In this document: one piece after another, positions 1-11,316 of the stretch
Numbering within the stretch: position 1 is the stretch's first letter
How the letters are laid out: each line of letters opens with the position of its first letter
Assembly: GCA_001244265.2 (NCBI GenBank)
Contig: CDLV01000014.1
Span: 744,001-808,000 of the forward strand
Length of the DNA stretch: 64,000 bases
Direction: 5' to 3'
From: Microbotryum violaceum
Lineage: Eukaryota
Notes under the pieces: generated by a model
The model's database searches: none
The model's input: only the letters and a program-made list of their open reading frames with translations
What the model was told of the DNA's origin: nothing
Position numbers and translations under genes: made by a program

Positions 1-1444
1 CGACATTTATCAGATTAGCGCAGTACGACACCGGCTCGAGAGCTCCTTGAAGCGATTCATCACCTCGTTGAAGTTGTTTTGATCCCTCGAGACCTTGATC
101 AAATCCCTTTGGAGTACCGCATTCCAGGCCTCGGACGAAAGTTCACCCTTGCGCATCCAGAACCAGCCTGCAAGTGTGTGAAGGGAAGATTAGAAGTGGT
201 TCCTTCGATCGACTACATCATCGGCATCACGACTCACCGGTGTTTAAATGATCCCACGAATCATTCTCTTGCGCAATCAGATCATAATCTTCCATGAAGG
301 GCTCCATATGTGGATAGGGGTCACTGTGAGGCACGCGCATCACGTCAGTTGCGGGAACGAAAATTGATGAACCTCCAGACCTACAGTTTGAACGAGACGT
401 CCGAGTCGACAAAGAAGACATCCCGGTGTTTCAACACCTCAATGAGACCTGCGAAGTGTCACGATGTGAGCTTTCGGGTCTGGAAGGGCTCAGGGTCCGA
501 AGAGAGAAGCTCACCTGCAAGTTTGGGCCACGTTGCGACCCTGCGGGTAGAATATCTGGTGTTAGTACATATTCCTTTTGACACTTACCGGTCCAGTACG
601 TCCTTACAAGATCTGCGAAACGACAATGAAGATGGCTCAGTTCCCCTCTCCCAACCCACTCCCTCAAAGCACACCCTCAAACGAACCTTGTCCGGTCGAT
701 TATGGATAAACCCCCGAATGCATACCTCTCCATCTCCTCCATACTCTCGACACACTTTTCATCCAAACAGAGCGTCAAAACGACGGTCTCCCTGAAACTT
801 CTCTTCGCTTGCCTCACCCCACCTTTCGAACGAACTTGCTCAACCCATCGGTCCTGGTTCAAGCGATCGACGAATTCGTTCAAGGCCGCTGCACCACTGG
901 TGGACCAAAACGAATCGGCTAACGTTAACCAGAGATGAGGTTGGGGGTCGGAAGTGGAGGATAAGGGGAAGTGGGCTTCGAGGTATTCGGTAAGCGATCC
1001 GGGACCCGAATAAGCTCGGAGGTTGAACGGTGGCGGCGGCGCGATTCGTTTCGGAGGACCGGACGAGGCGGCGGCGGCTACGGCTTGGACCCGTGCTGCG
1101 GAGGACGATGAGAACGGAGTCCGATTCGGTCGGGCGCCGTAAAAGTTCCAAAGGCTTGAGCTAGTTGCTTTGTTGGATCGTATGTCTTCGGGCGAGATGA
1201 ACCGTATCCGGTCTGGATCGGTTTGGTGGTGTGTAGTAGAAGAACGCAGTTGATGGAATCCCAGTAGGATGAGCAACGCGACGACGAGCAAGATCCATCG
1301 CCGTCGCACCGTCACCGCGCCGGAAGCGCCGCCGTCCAAGAAGCCCGAAGGCGAGTACCTCAAGCTCGAACTCGTGCCACCAGCCGAGGTCGTCGCTGGT
1401 AACGGCAGTTTGGAGGGGCTACCTCCAGTCGTGGTGGAATGCAT
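1..1444 (-). CDS. Nucleotide-diphospho-sugar transferase-like (GT77-like) type II membrane glycosyltransferase; multi-exon, 3' end outside window
   Basis: N-terminal TM segment (WILLVVALLILLGF). Later exons read ATWPKL, DVFFVDSDVSF (DxD motif) and DPYPHMEPFMEDYDLIAQEND...HLNTG. Confidence 0.7.
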
Positions 1445-1950
1445 GGTCGGGATGGGGAAGGACAGGACAAGAGAGGTGAGAGGTTGCTGAGAAGAGAACC
1501 AAGTTAAACGGACGCGACACCGGTTACCGCTGCTGCTGCTTGGGTGCTCTCGCTCGGCGCTCGGCGTATGCTACTGCGCATTCGCCCAGCCCAGCGCAGT
1601 GAGCACTGCCCGAGCCCGACGGGGCGGCCGAGTTGGGTAATTTTGGTCTCGTTACGGCTGTAGCCATGCTCAGCAAATGTTTGGAAAAAGATGCTGTAGC
1701 TATTCTTATGAGCTAGAATTTAATTTTTGGGTGCATTGTAGGTGTGCACCAACTGTGTGTTTTCGAGGACTGCTGGCCTGAGACCGCTCGGCACTACTCA
1801 GCGCTCAGCGCTCAGCCCTGACCGGCCTTGGCAGGCTCCCCAGCCCGCCCCAGCCGCGCTCGGCCGCGAGCGCGCGAGCAGCGAAGGGACCTCCCCCACA
1901 TTCCAAATTTCGACCCCTCTCCTCTCCACCACCGCGCACTAGCGCACGTC

Positions 1951-2604
1951 ATGCTTTCCCCCCTACCCCTCACTCCCGCAGATGTGCTCTCCTCAGCTTG
2001 CCTAACTTCGCTCCCCATCCGATCCAACACGGACCCCACCACATCCCCCCGAACAACCACCCCTCAAGCGGCTCTCAACTCGTCCTCCTCCCTCTCGGAC
2101 GTCCCTCACGCGTCCTACGACCTTTCGATGGACTACGGACCCCAACACGATGGCCACGAGGGAGGGGAAGATTCCTTCTCCAGTAACCAAAGTACCGACA
2201 AAAGTCCAGCGCGACCTGGTCGTACAGTTCCGTCACGAACGGGTCGAGGCAGGGCTCGAGCGCTTTCGATCGCGTGCAGTTCCCCCCATCAGGGGAAAAG
2301 GAACGACGACGATACGGAACGGTCAGCCTTCGACGACGCAGCTTATTCCTATGCCCTACGACCGGAGGAAGAAGACGAAGAAGAAGACGACGAGATTGAC
2401 GGCTTGGAGATGACACACCTCAGTTCGACCACGATCTCTACGCGGGAGTCGCAGAGGGGGGACCAGTTGTCGAGTAGGAGGAAGGATTACTTGAGGAGTC
2501 GGTTCCAACCTCTGACGTATCATGAGATCGGGTGGATGGGCGTGACTGCGCTGGTCGTGCTCGTGCTCAGCGCGGCGGCGGTCGTGCTCGCGGCGATTGG
2601 ATGA
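1951..2604 (+). CDS. Hypothetical protein with C-terminal transmembrane helix
   Basis: Open frame from ATG 1951, low-complexity body, ending YHEIGWMGVTALVVLVLSAAAVVLAAIG*. Confidence 0.55.
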   Translation: MLSPLPLTPADVLSSACLTSLPIRSNTDPTTSPRTTTPQAALNSSSSLSDVPHASYDLSMDYGPQHDGHEGGEDSFSSNQSTDKSPARPGRTVPSRTGRGRARALSIACSSPHQGKRNDDDTERSAFDDAAYSYALRPEEEDEEEDDEIDGLEMTHLSSTTISTRESQRGDQLSSRRKDYLRSRFQPLTYHEIGWMGVTALVVLVLSAAAVVLAAIG

Positions 2605-2910
2605 GGTGGGAGAAACTTCACATGATGGTGATGGGCCAAGGTGGATTCCCGAGTTCTTTTACTGGTACACGAATCGACTGTTCTTGACCATTCGCTGATC
2701 AACCTGGACATGCGCCCTCTTTCGTGATCAGTCAGCCAACTCTCGTCAATCGACACGTGGCGGCGCGCGTGGCACCGCATCCGAAGGATACGCCACCACA
2801 TCCACGACCCTACATTCGTTTCAAAAACTACCATGTTGCACTATGTAACAACAAGTCATACCAGCACGCCCTCCAAAACCCACCGGACGCAATCCACAGA
2901 CCCCGTCGCC

Positions 2911-4304
2911 CTACGACACCACCTCCGCCCCCCCGACCGGGTCCACGTCCTTACCATACCACCTCTCCCACACATCCCCATGACTCCTCGAAATACCCCT
3001 CCAAGCCATCTTACCGAACACCTCCTCATGCAAATCATTTTTCTTCACCTCGGAAACCTTTTCCGAAGTCGACGCTTCGAGATGGTCGAGGACGGAAGGG
3101 TGCAGGTCTTTTAGTGGGTCCAAGGGGGTTAGATGGGCTTGGAGGGTAGGAGAGAAGAAGAAAGGGATTGATAGACGGGGTTCGGTACCGAAGGTGGGAA
3201 GTACGCGATGCGTGGTGGCGGAGTAGACACCGCATGTTAGGCGTTCGCTGGAGGGGGGGGCAAAGTCAGAAATTTCGGGAAGTCAGGGTGTCAGGATGTA
3301 CCGAGCTGGGTTCTTGTGGAATTGTCACTTGCCAAGGGACGTACAGTACTTGACCAATGTTGATGACGAGAGCATACTTTTTCGGCGTCACGTCAATCCA
3401 CACCCCATCCCAAGCTTGGACCTACCCGCATTGGACACGAAAACCCATCAGGCCACGCTTGTACTACAACCTCCCGTCTCCCTTTGAACCCGCACTAACT
3501 GACCTGCAGACCGCCCGTCTGGTCCTGGGCCAGTAAGGTCAACCCACCACCATCCTTATGTGCGCCCACACCTAAAGCGCCCTCATCCTCTTCCTCCTTC
3601 CTTACCACGGGGTATCGCACGACCTTCATCCTCGAATAATCAGGTTCGCATTCCGCCAGCTCTCGATCCCGAGCTGTTTCGGATAGCGGGTACCAGTGTT
3701 TTTCGATGAGGTTGGGGGAAGGGGTGATGGATTGTGCGATGAAATGGAGGAGCGTTTGGGAGATGGTGAGGAGTTGGGAACGAAACGTGAGGATCGAGGA
3801 GCGGAAGTGGGGGACTTGGGTGGAGGTGGGGAATAGGTTGGGGCCATAGAGGGAGAGAAAGAGGTTCGAGGGTGTTTCGGGGTGCGGTGGCGTTTCGGGA
3901 CTGAAATCATATTGTGTCATTTAAAAGGTCTTCTTTATCGTCGTCGGGAACAAGAGTAGATCCACTGTGGTCCTGCAGCGAACTGACCCAAAATCGATCT
4001 GCTCCCTCAAATCCTTCTTGCCCGCCGTCACCTCGACTTTGAACGCCGAATAACCCCTAAAATGCTTCGACTCGAGCATACTGATCTTTTGCTTCTCCTC
4101 TATAGGAAGTTTAAAGAATGCCCTGGAATCACTGAATGCTTGATCCCATGAGTCGATCCAGGAAGGGAAGGAGGACGCGATGTCGTCGAGGTAGAGGAAG
4201 CCGTGCGAGAGGAGGGCGTCGCGCAGTTGGTTGGTGAAGTTTTCGGGAGAGGTTTGGTGCAGGGCATAGGACACGGTAGGGAGACTTCTTATTTGAACTG
4301 TCAT
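2911..4304 (-). CDS. 2-oxoglutarate/Fe(II)-dependent oxygenase (IPNS/DIOX family), multi-exon
   Basis: DIOX_N-like start (LRDALLSHGFLYL...FFKLPIEEK...HFRGY), HxD motif GAHKDGG, ATTHRV and RLSIPFF. Confidence 0.88.
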
Positions 4305-4604
4305 CGCGTCACGGTAGTGAGATTTGCGTACGTAGGGCGGTGGGAAGAAGACGAAGGGAGCGGGGCCAAGTGGGGGTCGCGCTTGATCTCGGCGATGGCG
4401 ACATCGCGAGACATCGCGTGAGGCTGCGTGGGGATCGTCACGCGTCACGGAGCACGGACGTTCAAGCCGCATTCGTGCCGGAGAACGCTTCGGAGACGCC
4501 GGCAGTCAACGTGAAACCGATCACACACATCGTTAGAACGTGGATCGTAGAAATACAACATGGATCGTTCTTAAACACGACACGCCAGTTCCATACTCGA
4601 ACCA

Positions 4605-5211
4605 TCACTCTACACTACTATCGGGCTTCTTGGAGATCGGCAACGTCCCCCACTCGTCCTGGCCCGGTAATCGCTGCACCCTCTTGTTCTCCCAGCCGTC
4701 GCCGGACCCTAACAAATCACCCCGGTCCGCGTTTAGAAGTCGCTGAGAGATGAAGCAAGTCTCTTAAATGTAAGTAGAGAGCTTGGAACGGCGAACCGCT
4801 CGTTCGTTCCCCGAGAGCCGACCCCAGCCCAAAACCCAGCGTTTTTTTCCCCGAACTCAAACCTGGAGGATGACGTACATGATACTCCTCCCTCACATCG
4901 AACTTCCTCCTCCCTTTCTTCATACCCAACTCTTCCTCCTTGGTCACCGCCGAGACTTTGGAATCGCGTAGATCGTAACGAGTTTGGGTGAAAGAGGACA
5001 GCCCGAAGGAGGCGAGGACGATGATGGTGATGAAGGGGAGTCCGAACGAGAGAAATGGTTGGCGGCGGATTGTTGAGCTTATGGCGGAACTGCATGGGAA
5101 GAATGAGTGGAGGGTGTTCAGTCTGGAGTAGATAATGAAGCGAGGGCAGCGCATGGAAGTCGAGGGGAAAGACACGTACGACTTGAGGGGCTTGGCTGAG
5201 AAAGGGGGCAT
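4605..5211 (-). CDS. COX16: Cytochrome c oxidase assembly protein COX16 (spliced)
   Basis: PFLSFGLPFITIIVLASFGLSSFTQTRYDLRD...FDVREEY; last exon WENKRVQR. Confidence 0.88.
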
Positions 5212-5422
5212 CTTCGCTAGCTGTAGAGTATGTGATCGAGCTAAGAACCGTGACGAATCAAAGTTGTTCTAGTCTCCCGAGTGTGAAGTGAGAAGGCAAG
5301 CCATCCCGATCGGCGCTCCGCACTTCGCAATCGACTCCCTCCGACGCGCGCCGGCGCTCCACGTGATCAGCCCGCGCTGTGAGTTTCTCTCTCCCCTTTC
5401 GCCGCCGCATCCACGAGGTATC

Positions 5423-7682
5423 ATGTCCGTCGACTCGCGGGTGTATTACGCGGCCAATCCCACGTCTGCGAAATCGGTGGGTACGATCCGGTACGTCGGT
5501 TCGATCCCTCCTACGGTGGGCGAATGGCTCGGTATCGAATGGGACGATCCGTCGAGGGGCAAGCATGATGGGGTACATAATCAGACTGGGGTGAGGTACT
5601 TCGAGTGTCGGTGAGTTATGGCTGCTGGTTGGATAGGACAGGTCGATCTCTGAGCAACCGCGGGCCCCTTTCCTCCACAATGACGACGACTCTGATCCGG
5701 TCTTTCTCGCCCCCACGACGACTCTGATCCGGTCTTTCTCGCCCCCACTTGACTCGCCCGGCTTGCCCTAACCTCCAGCAACAAGTCCAGCTCGACCTGC
5801 GCAAGTTTCATCCGAACCAACTCCAAAGGACTCGACCACGGCCGATCCTTCGTACAAGCTCTGAAAGCGAAATACCTCGATGCCCTGGACGACGACACTA
5901 CATCAGCAGCTCCTACTTCCAAACTGGCCCCCGCCCCTAGCGCCGAAGGATCCTCGGGTCCAAGTCAATACTACGACACTTTGTCCAATTTCAAAGTCGA
6001 AGTTGTGGACCTTTCCAAGATCAAGAAAACCAAAGTTGAGGACTTAAAGAGGTTGAAGCAGGCTGGATTGGAATGGGAGGGCGTGAACGGTACAGGCTGG
6101 GAACAGGGGTTGGAGTCGATGAGCGCGCAGGAGGAACACGCCGAGGTCATAGAGGCGCTGCAGGGTGAGCATGAGCAATCCCTAGTAGCTTCCACCAAAG
6201 TTGAACGAGCACTTAATCAGAATGGCTCTCGGTTCACAGCTCTCGAGAAACTCGACCTTTCGTACTCGCTCTTGCCGACCTTGCAAAGCGTTGCTGAAGT
6301 CGTGCAGGGTCTGACCAGATTGCGCCATCTCGCACTCAAGTATGTCGATAGCAGCGGGCTTGTCGTTCTCGCGAAGCTAGGGCTGAAGTAAATATTTCCC
6401 CCCCACCTCCCTAGTGCTAATCGATTCACACCCCTCGGGGCTCCGACGATCCTGCCCGCTTTCTGCAACCTCAAGCAGCTCGACTTGAACGCAACCATGA
6501 TGTCATGGGCCGAGGTGAGCTTCTCGAGAGCCAGCTGTTACCAATCGGGATTAAGCTAAGCAATTAGCATTTAACTCGCGAAACTCCCAGATCACCAATC
6601 TTTCGCCGTCCCTCTCCAACCTCGAAGAACTTCAACTCGGCGACAATGACCTCTTTCGACTCGACCCGTCCTCGGCCTTAATCGTCTCCCCCACCGAAGA
6701 GAGCGCTGTCTTACTACCTAAGCTCAGAGTTCTGAATCTGACCAGAAACCGACTTGAATCGTGGAACGACATCCTCTTCGCACTTCGGAGCATCCCTTCG
6801 TGAGTAACCGGCGCCCTATCTATTCTCAGCCTCTCACGGAGACTTACACGATCTTTCTTACCTCTTCAGCCTCGAATCCCTCGTCCTCTCCTACAACGCG
6901 CTCTCCTCCCTCCTCTCAAATGTACCTCCACCACCCTCTTTAAAACACCTTAATATAACCCGCAATAATCTAGTCTCACTCCCCCGCCTCCCAGCCACAC
7001 TGAAATCCGTCGAACTTTCCAAAAACCCTTTCGCCAATACCCATTTCCAAGCAGGGATGGATGAATCAGTTTTGAGGATGGTGATGATCGCTTTGTACCC
7101 CGGGTTGGAGAGGTTCGAGAGAACGGGGGTAGGGAGGGCGGAGAGGAGGGATGCAGAGATTTGGTGGGTGGGCAAGGTGGGGAAGGAGGTGAGAGGGGGG
7201 TTTATGAGAGGATGGGTGGAGGGTGAGGTGGAGTGGGTAGAGAGGAGGGTGGAAGAGTTGAGGGGATGTGAGTGTAGTCGGGGCATACTCAGGTGCGAGA
7301 GATTGCCGAGACTTATAAATGGGCCTCTGAATCTACAGTACACCACCTCGAACCCCCGGTCCCCATCGCCGCTCCAACGCGCGTCGATCCCAAATCTCGT
7401 CTCCTCAACCTGCACATTTTCTTACCTCCTTCCCTAGTTCCCCTCGAAAAAACCCCTCTCAGTCTCTTGATCCTCCCGACCCTCCGCACCCTCATCCTCC
7501 GCACCCAAATCTCCAAGCTCATCTCCAAACCCCTCCTCAAGACGAAATATCGTCTCGTAGCGTTGTTGAGGACTCAAGATGGGGACGAATTGGTCGTTCC
7601 TATTCCTGTGGGGGAGGAAGGAAGGTTGATCGGGTGGTGGGGTTTGCAGGATGGGGATGCGGTCAGGGTTGAAGAGGTGTGA
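5423..7682 (+). CDS. TBCE: Tubulin-specific chaperone E (CAP-Gly + LRR + Ubl-like), multi-exon
   Basis: CAP-Gly GTIRYVG...[16 protein letters not shown]...YFEC; LRRs ([22 protein letters not shown]); C-terminal [12 protein letters not shown]. Confidence 0.88.
5683..5748. repeat. 2 x 32-bp tandem duplication in the TBCE intron region
   Basis: ACGACGACTCTGATCCGGTCTTTCTCGCCCCC at 5683 and 5715. Confidence 0.9.
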
Positions 7683-7893
7683 GAGTGATGGCGTGGGGTG
7701 GGCTTTGGGTAACAGAATTGGTGTTGTATTTTGAAACCCTCGTGACGTTCGACGAAAAGAGAGCTAGACTCTCACAAGATCGTTCTTAAATCGATTCCCA
7801 ACAAGTTGTTTCGGTGATATCGTAAAGACAAGAAACCTCTCTAAGGTGGTTCAAATTCTACAACTCGCTCTTGGCCAAGACTTTCTCGACCAA

Positions 7894-10800
7894 CTACTCT
7901 TGGTCGTATTGACTCAATGCGCACGTCATCGTGATGCCGAGCACAATCATACCTGCGATGATTAAGAGCGCATCCAAGACTTCACCATCAACTGAGATGC
8001 GGACGGTGTGGATGAATCCCGGGGTGAGGTTCGCGTGTAGTACGTAGAGGGTTTGTAGCTGTGCGAGATGAGACGAAAAGCCGATCATCAGTTCATCGCC
8101 CGTCTGAGGCGCAAACGCTCAGCGGTTTTGAAACTCACCTCTTCATCGTATTTCCACTCTCCATCACTCAACCTGACCTTCAACCTGCTATTCAAACCAC
8201 CGAACCTTCTTCGAGGGAGGTAGATCTCCGTCTCTCGACTTCGCGGCATTGTCCCCGGGATCGGTGGATCGTCCGTCGTCGCGAGGTTCTGGGGTCGTCG
8301 AGTTCGGAAATCTTTAGGATTTGTTGGGTTGACGTAGCTGAAGGTGCATTGGAGGAGCTTGAAATCGTATGAGAAGGCGTAGGGAATGCCGGCCACTTTA
8401 CTTGCGTACGGACGCTGGAGAGGTCGATCATGGGTCAGGCCATTCCCTCCCCGTGCATGCCAGAGAAGACCCGAAAGGCTCACCTCAATCGCATCGAGCA
8501 CTCGAGCACCCACGTTCAATCGTTCATCCTCACTTTTAGCCGCATCGAATTTGACCCGGGTCATATCGCTTTGCGAGAACCAAGAAAAGTTCTCGGCGTT
8601 CCAAGAATCGCCCCACTGGTCCGTATTGAGCGGGTTGTAGTTCCACAAGCTGCGGACGAGTAAAACGTAGGTCCCAGATCAGTCTGAACATCTTGAAACC
8701 ACGCACAAGAGCTTCAGGCGTACTTGAACGAAATCAAGTTCCTCTCCAAGGCCGAGCAAATGGCGTCCATCTGGCGCTCTTGCCACGAAAAATCGCCCGA
8801 GGCAAAAGCCTGCTTGCCATTGAGATCAAAAGGGACGCCGGTTTCGCCGAGAATAATGGGGAGCTCGCCGAGCGTGCGGTAACCAGACTGTATGACTTCA
8901 CGGATCTGAGCCGTGTAGCTGTGTAAGAAAAAGGACAGGTCAGTCGAGAGCTCTGAAGGGAGGAGTGTTCGGGAAGTTGCTCACTTTTTTCTGGTCCCGT
9001 TTCGCCCGAAATACTGACGAATGAATCGGAGAGCTGAGTGTTCAGTTTCAGATGGGCACGCCCCCGTCGAAGAAGCGACTCACCAGGGCTCTAAGCAGGA
9101 ACATCCCTCTCGCCAACCCTTGCACGTTCGCGGTCATAAAACCGAGCGACTTCGTGAATAGTGCTTGCAAGTCGTACCAATGCGGAGCGTAGATCAAATT
9201 ATGCGGTTGACTCTCCGGCGTCCACCTTGGGCACGGTTCGTTCGGTAGTGGCTCGGCCATGGTGTACCACCTCGGATTCGCTTCCTTTATCCTCTCGCCA
9301 AAGTCGCGGCAGAAGGGAAAGTAGAAATCCCTACAGAGTTGTAGACTCAAGTATAAGTGGTGGGAGCCGCCTCCGCGATGATCTTGAAGCGAACTCACTT
9401 TGCCCAGTCCGTCTGGATTCCTGTTTCGGGATGTTGATTAAAGTACTCTATCCTTAGCGCGAGCGCCTCTTTCTTCTGCTCATCCCATGCCCATACACCT
9501 TGCTCTTTCCACACACATTCGACCCCTTCTTTCCACGCAGTGATCCCCTTTGGTGGGGAGATGAGCGTCTGGTGCGTCACAGCGGTCACGGGGAAGGAAG
9601 GACCGTAGTGGTCGATGAGCACCGAGTGGCCTGCACCGAGAGCCCATGATTGGACCGCAGTCGGGAAGTGACCGATCGCGAGGTCTTTTTTCAGATTGAA
9701 GGAGTAAGGAGAGTGAAGCCCGATGTATCCCGGGTGCGGTTCGTTCATTACCTGGGGGTCATTAGCGCGCCTCGGTCAGCGCTCAATTTTCCAGGGTCGA
9801 GTTCGAAAGCGAGGACGGGCAGACCTTTGTAGAGACTTACTTCGAAACCAATGACAGCGGGGAGATTCGTCAATGCATCTGCTAACGCCCCAAATGCGCC
9901 GATCATGCATTTTTGCATAAAGACCTGCACGCCGACCTTCTCGTCCGGTGCGTCCTGACCCCAAACGGCAGCGCTCTGGCCTCTCTTGACCTGGCGCTTC
10001 GGTGCAAACGTTTCGCCCGCCCAGAACAGAGTCGCCATCGTCGCTCCCGCAAGCTTGGTATAGCCTGATGGCCAGTTCTGTGGGGCTGGGTCGTCGTCAT
10101 CGAGGTTAAGATTGTGCGCATGAGCCGCGCCCGTGGCTTTTAGGTTTCGAATGTCAAATCCGACCAGTTCCAGAGTCCACGTCGGAGCGCCGGATCCGCC
10201 CGTGTGACGAGACCACACGTCTTGGTGCGCGTCGATGTAGCATTTGATACCGTACTCGGGGAAGAGCGAGATCAAAGAACGAAGATAATCGATGTAGTCC
10301 GTGTCGTACTGGCCCGGTCCCGAGTGCTCGAGCGCCTCCCATGTGACGACGAATCGGACAAACGTCAGACCCCACTGCGATAACCGTGCAAGGTGGTCAT
10401 GTCTGGGGGGCAGGAACTTTGTGTCAGCCATGGAGTTGCTGCATCCGCCGTTCCCGATCCCGAGTCCCGTATCCAGTGCTTGGGGGTGACTATACCCCTG
10501 AGCGATGTCTCGGTTGGAGCTCGACCGACCATGGATCAGATGTGCCACGATTTGGGGACGGGGGGGGGTTTCCGCTTCATGGCTTGCTGGGCTGCTGGCA
10601 CGTGCGCGGAGGCCGGCGAGAATCGACGCAGCACAGCCCGCCGCCTTCACGCCACACTACACTGCCCCTTGTCCCCGTTATGCTTACGCTAAGGAGCTCA
10701 TCGACATGTCCAACCGGGTTTTGACACCTCCTGCATCAAGCCACACGAAATGGGACTCACGCTTCGTCGAGAGGAAACGGCCGACCGACGAACGAGACGT

Positions 10801-11068
10801 TCTCGTGGTCCCACCAGCCTTCGTTCAGGACATGCGTCGCACCATCCGGCTTCGAAGGGAGCTTATTGATCCCGGACAGGTTGCAGCCATGCAGGAGCAG
10901 CCTCCGATCGAACTGGTCGTGGAAATGCCGAGAGCTCGACACCATGCGAAGTTCCGAATCGGTCCACGACGCCGCTGTAGAGCTCGAGGACCCGATCACA
11001 TACTCGGCCGAGCATGAGGCATGTGATGCTTCCACAGCAGCACTATACGCTGGTGGTGGGTCCGACAT
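7894..11068 (-). CDS. Glycoside hydrolase family 5 (EGCrP / sterylglucosidase-like), multi-exon
   Basis: LLHGCNLSG..KLP, SFVGRPFPLDEA, VTWEALEH.GPG.YD, IDAHQDVWSR..GGSGAP, NEPH (acid/base), APHWYD, WNYNP...WGDSWN.ENFS. Confidence 0.88.
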
Positions 11069-11316
11069 GCTGAGCGAGTTCACGAGGCCGAAGTCGGCGT
11101 CGGCGTCAGTCAATGTGGGGGGAGGCAGACGCTCGATAGGCCCTACGACTCTTGGCAATCTATGCGCAATCAATGATCATGTGGGATCATGTAGACAAGC
11201 AAAGATCTCGATCAGACGTCAAGAGCAGTCCTCAGCTGGTGGGCTGGTGGTAGTTTCAACATGAACATGTCATGGCAGGTTGGATCAATGTATTACACAA
11301 AAGTACCATTGTGCTA

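Noticed and set aside
10480..10530. Intronic TPP riboswitch
   Set aside because: Lacks the CTGAGA and GATAA..CCAGCG core on either strand.
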